Shown in pieces: positions 33,414 to 43,343 of a DNA stretch of 64,000 nt. The notes beneath the pieces are model-generated. The model saw only the letters and a list, made by a program, of their open reading frames with translations. It did no database searches and had not been told where the DNA came from. The stretch is taken from sequence record SRR31156797_208. One strand, given 5' to 3'. Position numbers and translations under genes: made by a program. Position 1 is the first letter of the stretch. Every line of letters begins with the position of its first letter.

Positions 33414-34145
33414 TTAGTGATGGCTACACGCAGCGTGGAAACGGCGGTTGTTTTCGAAGCCACGGCTATTCTCTTCGCGTGATGTTAAACACGCGTCGTC
33501 AACAGCGACGGGTTCAGCTTCATAAACTGAAAATTCAACCGGAATAAATGGGTAATCTTTTGCTGGATTCATTGGGTGTGGGCAGGTAGTAAAAACCACT
33601 AACGTGTCCATTTCAAAACGAAGTTCAATACAGTCGCCTGCTTTGCTGTGTTGCTCAGCAAACGTCATATCACCCGCTTCATCCGTTTTTACCGCACTAA
33701 ACAGGTTAAGGTTTGCCGCCAAATCACGTTTACCTAACCCATATTTAGCCACTTCAACCAGCAGCGCATCATAACCATTTTGCTTCCACTGATTACGGTC
33801 GACCTGATAATCGCGTGCGCCCCACTTTTCGTTCACTTTCTGTTTGTTGGCGACACCACAAACGGTATCAATCCAAGATGTGTCATCACGAACAATAGAA
33901 CAGAACACATGTCCCATATCTGAATACAGACAGTGTCCGGTAGTCAGCTTAAACGTATGCTGACACTTCAATGTATCCGGTGCGTTGTATCGCTCCAGTA
34001 AATTGGTTGGATTGTAAAAAAGCATGCTGACGTTAGCCCCGCCCTCTAAGTCTTTAAGCTTAAGGACGGTGCCTTTTTTCATAACCATCGACCAGTGCGC
34101 TGCACCGGGAATCACATCAGTAAAAATTGGGTTGGATTCGGACAT
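33414..34145 (-). CDS. cgdA: Urea carboxylase-associated protein 2 / carboxyguanidine deiminase subunit (DUF1989)
   Basis: [35 protein letters not shown]. Confidence 0.9.
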   Translation of the reverse strand: MSESNPIFTDVIPGAAHWSMVMKKGTVLKLKDLEGGANVSMLFYNPTNLLERYNAPDTLKCQHTFKLTTGHCLYSDMGHVFCSIVRDDTSWIDTVCGVANKQKVNEKWGARDYQVDRNQWKQNGYDALLVEVAKYGLGKRDLAANLNLFSAVKTDEAGDMTFAEQHSKAGDCIELRFEMDTLVVFTTCPHPMNPAKDYPFIPVEFSVYEAEPVAVDDACLTSREENSRGFENNRRFHAACSHH

Positions 34146-34154
34146 CTTATTCTC

Positions 34155-34934
34155 CTAAGCAACTTGCAGTTGCTGTTTTACTGCACTGACTTGTTCCTTC
34201 TTATCAAGTGCAATATCAAACGTAACTCGAGCACCAAAGCGCTCTGGGGCTTGCTCATCAATACGGGTGTGGTCAAACACCCAAAGGCGGTTGCCTAAAT
34301 GAAAGCCTTCGCTCAAGTCGTGTGTAATCATAAATACCGTCAGCTGTTGTTCTCTCCACAGCTTCTTAACTAATGCATGCATATCTTTTCGAATCCCCGG
34401 ATCCAGAGCACCGAAAGGTTCATCGAGAAGTAAGATACGAGGCTTTTTAATTAGAGCCTGTGCGATAGACAAACGCTGACGCATACCGCCAGAAAGTTCA
34501 TGTGGGTATTTATTCTGAGCGTCGCTCAATCCCACTTCTTTCAACATCGCCTGTGCTTGTTGTTTGGCTTGCTGTTTACTGGAGCCGAAGGCGCGACCAA
34601 GTAGCTTTGAACTGAAATCGCCATGGGCAAATTCATGGCCAAGCATCACGTTTTCCAGAGCCGTCAAATGCGGAAATACTGAGTATTTCTGGAACACAAT
34701 GCCACGCTCAACTCCGGGCTCAGCCGAAAGTGGTTCACCATCGAGCAGAATCTGTCCACGTGATGGCTGCTCTGTCCCTAGCAGCATGTTGAGGAAAGTG
34801 GTTTTACCGCATCCGGAAGCGCCGACAATACTGACAAAATCGCCCGGTAACACTTTCAGATTGAGATGTTCAAGTACGATGTTATCGCCATACTCTTTCC
34901 ACACTTGCTTTACTTCGATAATTGGCTTTTCCAT
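34155..34934 (-). CDS. ABC ATPase (NitT/TauT type), guanidine uptake
   Basis: GASGCGKT, LSGGMRQR, LDEPFGALDPG; operon context. Confidence 0.9.
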   Translation of the reverse strand: MEKPIIEVKQVWKEYGDNIVLEHLNLKVLPGDFVSIVGASGCGKTTFLNMLLGTEQPSRGQILLDGEPLSAEPGVERGIVFQKYSVFPHLTALENVMLGHEFAHGDFSSKLLGRAFGSSKQQAKQQAQAMLKEVGLSDAQNKYPHELSGGMRQRLSIAQALIKKPRILLLDEPFGALDPGIRKDMHALVKKLWREQQLTVFMITHDLSEGFHLGNRLWVFDHTRIDEQAPERFGARVTFDIALDKKEQVSAVKQQLQVA

Positions 34935-34935
34935 C

Positions 34936-35757
34936 TTATTCTCCCTGACTCTGGTGATACCAAGGGCTGATCTTTTGCGATAACTGCTTAAGCAGCCAAT
35001 CCATGGTGTACGCCAATAGGGTGATCCAGAACACGTAAGGCAGAATTACATCCATCGACATATAACGACGAACCAGAAAGATTCGGTAACCCAGACCTTC
35101 AGTCGCCACAATGGCTTCCGCTGCAATAAGAAACAGCCATGCACTGCCCAAAGTAAGTCGAATTGCTTCAATCAGACGAGGAACAATCTGCGGAAGTACA
35201 ACTCGAAGAATGATCTGCCAACTGTTTCCACCTAATGTCTGAGCTTTGATAAGCTGCTCTTGCGGCAACGAGGAAGCTTTTAACTGGATATCTCTAACGA
35301 TGATTGGACAAATACCAATAAAGATAAGAACAACCTTAGATAGCTCGCCCAAGCCAAAGCTAATAAACAAAATCGGTAAAATTGCCATCGGAGGAATCAA
35401 CGAAATCGCTGTCACCACCGGAGATAGCGTTGAACGCACCATTGGCAGCATCCCGTTTGCTATTCCTAAAGACAACCCTACTAAAGCACTCAGGCCGACG
35501 CCTAATACAAGGCGTTGGAGACTGGCCAGAGTATCCACCCATAACAAATAGTCACCAGTACGTTTACTGGGAGTAAATGCCATTCGGTCAATCGCATCAA
35601 AAAAGCTGCTGAATGCAGGTAACAGTTTGTCTGCCGGATTGACCGCAAGTCGCGCATCGGAAGCCACCACATACAAAGCGATTAGAATCGCAAAAGGCAG
35701 CACTCCCAACATCAATCGTCCATATCGAGATGGGTGGCGGTTGATGAGTTTACTCAT
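34936..35757 (-). CDS. ABC permease (NitT/TauT type), guanidine uptake
   Basis: EQLIKAQTLGG, AWLFLIAAEAI, GLGYRIFLVRRY. Confidence 0.9.
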   Translation of the reverse strand: MSKLINRHPSRYGRLMLGVLPFAILIALYVVASDARLAVNPADKLLPAFSSFFDAIDRMAFTPSKRTGDYLLWVDTLASLQRLVLGVGLSALVGLSLGIANGMLPMVRSTLSPVVTAISLIPPMAILPILFISFGLGELSKVVLIFIGICPIIVRDIQLKASSLPQEQLIKAQTLGGNSWQIILRVVLPQIVPRLIEAIRLTLGSAWLFLIAAEAIVATEGLGYRIFLVRRYMSMDVILPYVFWITLLAYTMDWLLKQLSQKISPWYHQSQGE

Positions 35758-35811
35758 AGTGTCTCCAATTAACTTCCGGTTAATATTTCTATGGGTGATC
35801 GCTAAACGAGA

Positions 35812-36888
35812 TTACAGCTTTCCTTGTGCTGCCATATCCATGTAGTCAGCGGTAAAGCGCAGTTTAATATTGTCTGAATTACCGTAAACTCCGGTTGGAG
35901 TTTCAATTCCAATGAAGCCAGCATCAGGTGCACCTTCACCTAAAAGACCATGGTCAAAAGAGAACTCTGCCACTTTCTTCATTGTCTCTTTTAGCTCAGC
36001 GCTATTGGTGAACGTCACGGCATCACTGGCTTTGTAGTACATATTGGTTGCGGATAGCTGTTGGTTGTAACCGGACAAATCTGTACCTGACTGCATAGCC
36101 ATGTATGTTTTTGATTCATCTGCTGTAGATTCTGAAGTCATGACATCCATGATTTCATACCAGGCACCAGTCAGTGCTTTACCCAGTTTCGGGTTATCTT
36201 TAAGTGTTTCGGTATTTGCAACCATCAGATCAATGATTTCGCCCGGAATTTTAGACGAATCAAACACGAGGGACGTGCCAGGTTGTGCAGTTATTTCACT
36301 TAATAGTGGGTTCCATGTCGTCACCGCGGTCACATCATCTGTACTGAACGCAGCAACAATATCAGCATCAGATGTGTTCACCACTTTGACATCTTTCTCA
36401 GACAGACCAACACTTTCAAGGCCACGGGCCATTAAATAGTGGGAAACACTGAGTTCAACAAGATTGATGTTCTGTCCTTCAACATCTTTAAGAGTTTTGT
36501 CACCTTTAAGAACGATTCCGTCGTTACCGTTAGAGAAGTCACCAACAATCAAAGCCGTAGAATCAACGCCACTTGCTGCTGGGATAGTCAAAGCATCCAT
36601 GTTGGTCATTACTGTTGCGTCAAACTGACCCGTTGTGTACTGGTTAATAGATTCAACGTAATCGTTGACCTGAACGATATTGACTTTGATACCGTATTTC
36701 TCTGCCCACTTATCCATAATGCCAGAGTAAGCAGCATAGTCCCACGGCATCCAGCCAACGTAGATTGACCAAGCAATCGTAAACTCTGATTTTTCTTCAG
36801 CATAAGCAGATTGAGAAACAAAAGGAGCAGAAAGTACACTAACAGATAGTGCTATTGCCGTTAGAGAGTGTTTAAAGATTGGTTTCAT
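35812..36888 (-). CDS. Urea-carboxylase-associated ABC substrate-binding protein (probable guanidine binder)
   Basis: Signal peptide, AWSIYVGWMPW, NDYVESINQYT, TNMDALTIPA; GGAGGT SD before MKPIF. Confidence 0.9.
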   Translation of the reverse strand: MKPIFKHSLTAIALSVSVLSAPFVSQSAYAEEKSEFTIAWSIYVGWMPWDYAAYSGIMDKWAEKYGIKVNIVQVNDYVESINQYTTGQFDATVMTNMDALTIPAASGVDSTALIVGDFSNGNDGIVLKGDKTLKDVEGQNINLVELSVSHYLMARGLESVGLSEKDVKVVNTSDADIVAAFSTDDVTAVTTWNPLLSEITAQPGTSLVFDSSKIPGEIIDLMVANTETLKDNPKLGKALTGAWYEIMDVMTSESTADESKTYMAMQSGTDLSGYNQQLSATNMYYKASDAVTFTNSAELKETMKKVAEFSFDHGLLGEGAPDAGFIGIETPTGVYGNSDNIKLRFTADYMDMAAQGKL

Positions 36889-36957
36889 AGGATCACCTCC
36901 AATGTGAGTCACTTTTAAAAACATAAACGCGAGAGCATAACCAATGAAATTGGTTGG

Positions 36958-37050
36958 CCTCCCGGGCTTTTGTCCCGCCGTGTGACCTCATAAGAGGTTG
37001 ACAACTCTCGGACCAGACACTGCGTTGCAGCCGGAACCCTAGATGTCTAT
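36958..37050 (-). ncRNA. Guanidine-I (ykkC-yxkD) riboswitch
   Basis: Minus strand CTAGGGTTCCG...CTGGTCCGAGAG...ACACGGCGGGACAAAAGCCCGGGAGG, the conserved core of this class, in the leader of a carboxylase operon. Confidence 0.94.
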
Positions 37051-37120
37051 TTTAATCAAATTGTGATTAGTTGTGGTGTTTCACTTAGTTATGCTCATCG
37101 CAACTAACTGTTTTAACGCT

Positions 37121-37137
37121 TGCAATGAGCATGCCAA
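37121..37137 (-). promoter_or_regulatory. Sigma54 (-24/-12) promoter of the guanidine operon
   Basis: TTGGCATGCTCATTGCA = GG-N10-GC with consensus flanks. Confidence 0.85.
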
Positions 37138-37188
37138 ACGAAAAATGTCTGCGTTTATGGGCTTCTAGAGCATTACACCAATGTATTA

Positions 37189-37226
37189 CGCACCAAAGCA
37201 ATGCAATAGTTCATCACTTTAGTGCG
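37189..37226. promoter_or_regulatory. Tandem NtrC-like enhancer boxes
   Basis: CGCACCAAAGCAATGCA (37189-37205) and TTCATCACTTTAGTGCG (37210-37226) versus TGCACCA-N3-TGGTGCA, upstream of the sigma54 site. Confidence 0.72.
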
Positions 37227-37242
37227 TAAATTATCCATGAGT

Positions 37243-38331
37243 TTACACCGGTACTTGTTGAGTAATGCAGTGAATATTACCGCCACCCAATAAGATCTCG
37301 CGAGCATTCACACCCACAACTTCATGTTCGGGGAAGGCTTTTTGCAAAGCAACTTGAGCAACCGAATCATTGTTGGAATCCAATAATGGAAAAACAACTC
37401 GACCGTTGGTGATTAAGAAGTTCGCGTATGAAGCAGCTAAACGCTCCCCAGCCTCACGCTCCATACCATCGCTTTGATCAATACCCTGCGCTTCATGTTC
37501 TTCAATATAAAGCGGGCCCGGCATTGGCAATTTATGGACCCTGATTGAACGCCCCTTTGCATCTAACTGGGTACTCAACACATCGTACGCTGAACGACTT
37601 ATATCATATTGAGGGTCATTCAAATCTTCACACCAGGTTAAAGCCACTTCTCCCGGTTTAACAATGTGCATGATGTTATCAACATGGCCGTTCGTTTCAT
37701 CATTAAATAAGCCATTCGGTAGCCAGATAACCTTTTCCGCACCAAGATATTGTGCCAGATAGTTTTCCATATCCTGTTTAGAAAGATCGGGATTTCGACT
37801 GGTATGAAGTAAGCACTCTTCTGTGGTGTAAATAGTGCCCTCGCCATCAGTATGTATCGAGCCACCTTCCAATACGAATGGTGCTTTGAACATATCGTCA
37901 CCAGTGATATTAAGCATTTTTTCCGCTACAGCATCATCGAGATCCCATGGGAAATAAAGCCCATCAACCAAACCACCCCAGGCGTTAAACTGCCAACTCA
38001 CTCCGCTTCGTTCGCCCTTATCGTTCACAATATAGCTCGCGCCAATATCACGCATCCAGCAATCGTTATAAGACATCTCGACAACTTTAATATGATCCGG
38101 CAATTGTGCGCGCGCATTTGCAAATTGTTCGTGACCGACCAGCATGACGACTGGAGTAGCTTCTGCAATAACCGACGCTACATTAACGAAAGCTTTTTGA
38201 GCCAGCTTCCCGCTAAAGCGCCAGTTATCACTCCGTACTGGCCACGCCATCCAAACTTCTTTTTGAGGTTCATGTTCAGCGGGCATGCGAAAGCCAAAGT
38301 CTTTGGGGTAACCATCAATGATTGAAGTCAT
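37243..38331 (-). CDS. aguA: Agmatine deiminase
   Basis: FRMPAEHEP, NDCWMRDIG, EGGSIHTDGEG, DETNGHVDN, GGGNIHCITQQ. Confidence 0.95.
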   Translation of the reverse strand: MTSIIDGYPKDFGFRMPAEHEPQKEVWMAWPVRSDNWRFSGKLAQKAFVNVASVIAEATPVVMLVGHEQFANARAQLPDHIKVVEMSYNDCWMRDIGASYIVNDKGERSGVSWQFNAWGGLVDGLYFPWDLDDAVAEKMLNITGDDMFKAPFVLEGGSIHTDGEGTIYTTEECLLHTSRNPDLSKQDMENYLAQYLGAEKVIWLPNGLFNDETNGHVDNIMHIVKPGEVALTWCEDLNDPQYDISRSAYDVLSTQLDAKGRSIRVHKLPMPGPLYIEEHEAQGIDQSDGMEREAGERLAASYANFLITNGRVVFPLLDSNNDSVAQVALQKAFPEHEVVGVNAREILLGGGNIHCITQQVPV

Positions 38332-39719
38332 ACAACACCTCTCACAACGGTGCTTTCAGCTTGCGAATTTGCACGCTTTAATAGCAGTTCACCCACAACA
38401 ACGGTAGCAATCACACCCACTAATATCGGTAATGAGTACTGCCAGTCTACTGAGCCAAAAATGATATCTGGGAACATGAACAGAACAACAGCTTGCAGAA
38501 TGATTAGGAAACAAACCACAGTCATCAACTTTTGAAGACCAATACTACCCGGTACCTTAAACGGTCTAGGCGTTGAAGTATCAGAAAGACGAAGCTTAAG
38601 AAATGCAGGGAACATAAACAGATAAGGCACTAAGAATACACAGCTTGAAAATGCAAACATAGACCAGAACAACTCATCGTTACTGTTCGCAAAGAAGGCA
38701 TAAACAGCAATCACAGCAGTAGAAACTAAACCTGTACCTGTATTAGCGCCGACAGGTGTTGAATATTTGTCAGAGGTTTTGCCTAACAGGGCAGGAAGTT
38801 CACCGTCACGCGCCGATTCCGCAGCTGCACGGCTTGAACCCATCGTCCAGCTCACCATATTACCGATAAACGTAATCAGCGTAACAACACCCAGTGCGTA
38901 CGTCATAAACTGACCGAGTACACCATCGCCAAACAGCACTTTTAGCGTATCAATAATCCCTGCGACTAAGCCGACTTCTTCAACAGGCAATGCCATCAAA
39001 ATGCCCAGAGTACCAATGATGTATAACAGTGCCGTTACCGACATTGCCAAAAATACCACTTTCGGCATCTGTTTCACGTCTTTCATTTCTTTGGTCATTG
39101 TTGCGACTAACTCAAAACCCATCAGGTTAAAAACCAGAGCCGGAAGGAATGCAACACCAGAATCAAATGACGGAATAATGGCAGCAAAAGTGAATTCATT
39201 CGCAACACCATTTTTCGCCGCATAGATGAATCCACCGATACCTAGTACAGAAATAATTAACACTTTCAATATGGCGCAGAAGTTAGTGACCCAAACGCCG
39301 ATATCAACAGAAACATTACATACCCAAACCGTAAACCAGGTCAGAGCAATACACATAATGACTTGTGCAAACAGAGAAAGATCCGGTGCAAATAGTTCAG
39401 AAAATGTACCTGCAAACAGTATGTATACCGCCGGCATCCACAAGCCGACGTTGATCCAATAGAACCATGTCGTTCTAATTGCCCAGTTTGATCCGAAAGC
39501 GCGTTTTACCCAGTCGTAAATACCGCCCTCTCCCGGATAAGCCGAGCTCAGTTCAGAAGTAATCAAACCATATGGCAGTACAAACACCACTAATACCAAT
39601 GCCCACCATCCTAGCGAGCTGACACCAATTGACGCTGATGCCGTTAACGTATCCACGACTAACACTGCACATAAGCTGAACAGTGCCAGAGGCGTTATGC
39701 CCATTTTTTTGTCTTCCAT
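38328..39719 (-). CDS. APC-family permease, probable agmatine (or agmatine/putrescine) transporter
   Basis: Multiple TM helices, ELSSAYPGEGGIYDWV, GFE, RPFKVPG; lies between aguB and aguA. Confidence 0.85.
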   Translation of the reverse strand: MEDKKMGITPLALFSLCAVLVVDTLTASASIGVSSLGWWALVLVVFVLPYGLITSELSSAYPGEGGIYDWVKRAFGSNWAIRTTWFYWINVGLWMPAVYILFAGTFSELFAPDLSLFAQVIMCIALTWFTVWVCNVSVDIGVWVTNFCAILKVLIISVLGIGGFIYAAKNGVANEFTFAAIIPSFDSGVAFLPALVFNLMGFELVATMTKEMKDVKQMPKVVFLAMSVTALLYIIGTLGILMALPVEEVGLVAGIIDTLKVLFGDGVLGQFMTYALGVVTLITFIGNMVSWTMGSSRAAAESARDGELPALLGKTSDKYSTPVGANTGTGLVSTAVIAVYAFFANSNDELFWSMFAFSSCVFLVPYLFMFPAFLKLRLSDTSTPRPFKVPGSIGLQKLMTVVCFLIILQAVVLFMFPDIIFGSVDWQYSLPILVGVIATVVVGELLLKRANSQAESTVVRGVV

Positions 39720-39723
39720 GACA

Positions 39724-40605
39724 TTAACCTTTTAGCTGTCCATCCAATGTGAATAAGTGTTTGTATTGCTCTGGATGTCGGTCTCGGAACAATCCCCAGG
39801 CACTGCGTTGGAATGCGATTTCATCTAGGTCAAACTCATGCACAAGAACGCCCTGAGTTTCACGATCCGCTTTCGCTAAAATTTCACCATTGTAATTAGC
39901 AATGAACGACGAACCAAAGAAGTTGATTTCCATATCTCGGGTTTGAGCCTGCTCACGACCAATACGGTTTGATGCGATCACTGGCATGACGTTAGAAGCC
40001 GCATGGCCCTGCATTGCATTTTGCCAAGCGGGCTGAGAATCTAACTCCGGCTGGCTTGGTTCACTACCAATTGCAGTCGGGAAGAACAGCAGCTCTGCAC
40101 CTTGCAGTGCCATGCTTCTCGCTGTTTCAGGGAACCATTGATCCCAGCAAATGCCAACACCAATTTTACCGTAGCGAGTATCCCAAACTTTAAAACCTGT
40201 ATCGCCGGGGTTGAAATAGTACTTTTCTAAATAACCATCACTGTCTGGTATATGGGTTTTACGATAAACCCCCAACAGTGAGCCATCTGCATCAATCACA
40301 GCTACAGAGTTAAATCTTGCGTAACCCGCTTTTTCGAACCAGCTAAAGGGTAAAACAACCTGCAACTCTTTAGCCAATTCTGTCAGTTTTTTGAATGTTG
40401 CGTTTTCTTCGAGCGTAGATGCCAGTTTGTGATACTCTTCGCTAATCTCAATACAAAAGTACGGTGTTTCAAAAAGCTCTTGTAAAAGAATTACTTGTGC
40501 ACCTTTTGCAGCAGCCTCACGAACCAAGTGTTCTGCTTTCTCTACATTCTCTTCCACATTCCAAGAGCACGACATTTGAGTCGCGGCAACAGTGACTTTT
40601 CTCAT
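39724..40605 (-). CDS. aguB: N-carbamoylputrescine amidase
   Basis: Nitrilase-fold triad LQELF, YRKTHIPD, GICWDQWFPE; PTAIGSEP. Confidence 0.94.
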   Translation of the reverse strand: MRKVTVAATQMSCSWNVEENVEKAEHLVREAAAKGAQVILLQELFETPYFCIEISEEYHKLASTLEENATFKKLTELAKELQVVLPFSWFEKAGYARFNSVAVIDADGSLLGVYRKTHIPDSDGYLEKYYFNPGDTGFKVWDTRYGKIGVGICWDQWFPETARSMALQGAELLFFPTAIGSEPSQPELDSQPAWQNAMQGHAASNVMPVIASNRIGREQAQTRDMEINFFGSSFIANYNGEILAKADRETQGVLVHEFDLDEIAFQRSAWGLFRDRHPEQYKHLFTLDGQLKG

Positions 40606-40710
40606 TTTAATCCCTTAATGCAAGTCAAAACCTATTGATATTTTTAACTTGACTTAGGTTATTATTGAAATGCATTATTTTTATTTTTGTATGAAGGATT
40701 TCGATAACTA

Positions 40711-41604
40711 ATGGATATGGACATCAACCAGCTGCGATTGTTAGTGGTGCTGGAAAAGGAAAGAAACCTGTCTAAAGCTGCACAAAAACTATTTATGAGC
40801 CAGTCGGCAGCGAGCCACGTTCTGTCAAAACTTCGTACCCGTTTTGACAACCCGCTTTTTATCAAAACACGTACTGGGATGGAGCCTACTCCGTTGGTAC
40901 AAATTTTATTACCTGAAATTCAAAAAGGTTTAATTTCCATTGATATGGCATTGGCAAAAACTAAACCATTTAATCCAGAGGTCGATGCCAAAACCTTCTA
41001 CATAGGTGCCATTGATTACTTCGAATTTTATGCGTTGCCTCGTCTTGGTAAAGCTCTAGAAAAAAGAGCACCAAACGTGCGAATTGCGATAGAAATCTTA
41101 TCTGAAAATATGCAGATGGAGCGAGTGGAACAGGGTCATATTGACCTGACGTTAGGTGTCGATGACCTACAAACCATGCCTCGTTATTATCATAGATATC
41201 ACTGGCTGACAGACCCTTACGTTGGCATCGTTGCTAAAGATAACCCTCTACCGAACAAACTGAGCCTCAAAACTTTTCTTGAAGCGCCACAAGTTCATTT
41301 ACCACTGATCAATTCTGGGGCAGATCCCATTGATCGCTGGCTGTTAGATCAACATCAGGCACGACATATTTCAATGATTGTTCAGAGTTTTGCTGTCGGT
41401 GGACTCGTCGTGTCAAATACGAGCAATTTAATGTGTGTTCCCCTCAGAATAGCCGAAGAGCTCTGCAAGATGCTGCCAATTCGAATAGTGAAATTACCTA
41501 AAGGAACACCCGATCTTTCTCTTAGTATGTTTACTCACCAACTGTATGACAGTCAGGACAGTGTTCAGTGGCTAATCAAAGAAGTTCAAAAGTGTATCTT
41601 ATAA
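40711..41604 (+). CDS. LysR-family regulator divergent from the agu operon
   Basis: SKAAQKLFMSQSAASHVLSKLRTRFDNPLF HTH. Confidence 0.92.
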   Translation: MDMDINQLRLLVVLEKERNLSKAAQKLFMSQSAASHVLSKLRTRFDNPLFIKTRTGMEPTPLVQILLPEIQKGLISIDMALAKTKPFNPEVDAKTFYIGAIDYFEFYALPRLGKALEKRAPNVRIAIEILSENMQMERVEQGHIDLTLGVDDLQTMPRYYHRYHWLTDPYVGIVAKDNPLPNKLSLKTFLEAPQVHLPLINSGADPIDRWLLDQHQARHISMIVQSFAVGGLVVSNTSNLMCVPLRIAEELCKMLPIRIVKLPKGTPDLSLSMFTHQLYDSQDSVQWLIKEVQKCIL

Positions 41605-41624
41605 ATCCACTCATTACTGATAAC

Positions 41625-41662
41625 AAAAACGGCTTGTCTGAATAAGCATCAAACAAGCCGTT
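41625..41662. terminator. Terminator between convergent LysR and DUF5718-like genes
   Basis: AACGGCTTGT...ACAAGCCGTT with an A5 flank (T tail on the minus strand). Confidence 0.72.
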
Positions 41663-41684
41663 AAGAACTCAAAACTGACGAAAT

Positions 41685-42524
41685 TTACTCACACTGCTGC
41701 CAAAGCACCACGTGATTTTTATCGAGTTTATGCGTTTCACCACGTTCAACAAAAGACTGTATCTCTTGCAGATCAATTCGGGTTGAATCATAGAGCACCG
41801 CACACATAATATCTTTTGATTTTAACTGATGACTCTCACCGAAAGCGGTGTAACGTGAAGAACCTAATGAAATCAAAATACGTTCTGGAAACGCAGCTTG
41901 CGTCAGTAAGTCCTGAATGGAATGAAGTGCTCCATCGTTAGTTTGCGAATTACATTGACTCACCAGCCAAGCCAGCAACGGCTCATAGCTGTAGCTGTAA
42001 TCACCAAGAGAGACATCATTACAACATGCATTCCATATCTCGTCCCTACCCAGAAAACTGCAAAAACGATACTTATCTAAATCTGCATTTTTACTAAAGT
42101 CCGAAAGCGGAATCAGTTTTGTCGCAACCCCTTTGGATGCAGGCCCCCAATTTTTCTTCTGAGCAAGTTTTTCTACCACCGCATTGCGGTAAGTCACATC
42201 ATTGAATAACGTCATCGACTCTGGTTCGATACTCAGTACAGATGTACCCAAATACTTCACTTTAGCAACCAGCGCTATTTCCGGTTCCATCTGTACTTTT
42301 GCCGCTGGATCTGGCGGAAGTGTCAGCGTGTCGAAAGAGTAAGGATTAACATCAAGATAAACATCACTCGCTTCTGGTACATAGAATGGAAATAAGGCTT
42401 GTGGGCTTTGTGCATCCACTTGCCCTTTTAGGCCGCTCGCTTCACCAGTTTGTTGTAAATGTCCGGCAAAATTCCCTGCGATTCCAATACCAAATAGCGG
42501 TATTTTTTGGCTTTTCTGGTTCAA
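41685..42524 (-). CDS. DUF5718-like protein of unknown function
   Basis: GIAGNFAGHL, LFPFY, QMEPEIAL, ND, KKNWG..SKG, as I recall them for DUF5718; TTG start with GAGG SD. Confidence 0.72.
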   Translation of the reverse strand: MNQKSQKIPLFGIGIAGNFAGHLQQTGEASGLKGQVDAQSPQALFPFYVPEASDVYLDVNPYSFDTLTLPPDPAAKVQMEPEIALVAKVKYLGTSVLSIEPESMTLFNDVTYRNAVVEKLAQKKNWGPASKGVATKLIPLSDFSKNADLDKYRFCSFLGRDEIWNACCNDVSLGDYSYSYEPLLAWLVSQCNSQTNDGALHSIQDLLTQAAFPERILISLGSSRYTAFGESHQLKSKDIMCAVLYDSTRIDLQEIQSFVERGETHKLDKNHVVLWQQCE

Positions 42525-42549
42525 TATTTAATCCTCACTTAAACTGATT

Positions 42550-43188
42550 TTATGCCACCGAGATGCCACGAATAATGGTTTCAACTATGAAGTCTTGCGC
42601 AGCTTCAAACTCGTTTTCCGACATTGGCTCACCCTTGATCAAATGAATCTCCGTATCAAAATCGGAGTAGAACTGGGTGGAACCCCATATCATAAACAGC
42701 AAATACAAGGGGTCAATCGGCCGGATCAGACCTTGATCGATCCACGCCTGAATCACTGTCGCTTTCCCTTCTGCCCATTGCACGACTGGTACCTCAATTT
42801 CATCGCCAATAATCGGTGCACCCTGAATGATTTCTTGGGCGAATATTTTGGACTCTTGAGGATGTGTGCGGCTATAACGCATCTTACCGACAATGTAGTT
42901 TCGCAACACCTCGTGCGGAGACATGTGCACCGCCTCCTCGGAAAAACCTTCGTTCCAAAGAGTTAAAATATCTCGTAACAGGGCTTTGTAAAGACCTGTT
43001 TTCGACTTGAAGTAATACAAAATATTGGCCTTAGGCAAATGAACTCGGTCTGCGATAGCCTGAACAGATGTGCCTCTGTAGCCATGTTTAACAAACTCAT
43101 CCGCAGCAGCCTGCAGAATCAAGGTTTCATTACGTCGGCGAATCTCTCCGGAAGCCGCTCGTTTATTTTGAGCAAGTTCGGTACCCAA
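42550..43188 (-). CDS. rutR: TetR-family regulator, RutR-like
   Basis: HTH IADRVHLPKANILYYFKSK, SKIFAQEIIQGAP, LLFMIWGSTQFYSDF; RutR-type boxes nearby. Confidence 0.85.
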   Translation of the reverse strand: MGTELAQNKRAASGEIRRRNETLILQAAADEFVKHGYRGTSVQAIADRVHLPKANILYYFKSKTGLYKALLRDILTLWNEGFSEEAVHMSPHEVLRNYIVGKMRYSRTHPQESKIFAQEIIQGAPIIGDEIEVPVVQWAEGKATVIQAWIDQGLIRPIDPLYLLFMIWGSTQFYSDFDTEIHLIKGEPMSENEFEAAQDFIVETIIRGISVA

Positions 43189-43263
43189 GATAGCTCCTTT
43201 CTTTATACTCCTGCCTTTTTTAAGTAATCAATGGATGAGGGGTTGTTGTCAAGCCCCTATTTT

Positions 43264-43299
43264 TGCACCACTTTTAACACCTTGCACCAAAATGAACCA
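43264..43299. promoter_or_regulatory. NtrC-like half-sites upstream of the purine ABC promoter
   Basis: TGCACCA at 43264 and 43283; right halves poor. Confidence 0.5.
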
Positions 43300-43343
43300 C
43301 AACTCAGTTGTCCCTTATATCCAACCCCTTGAGCTTATTGATG

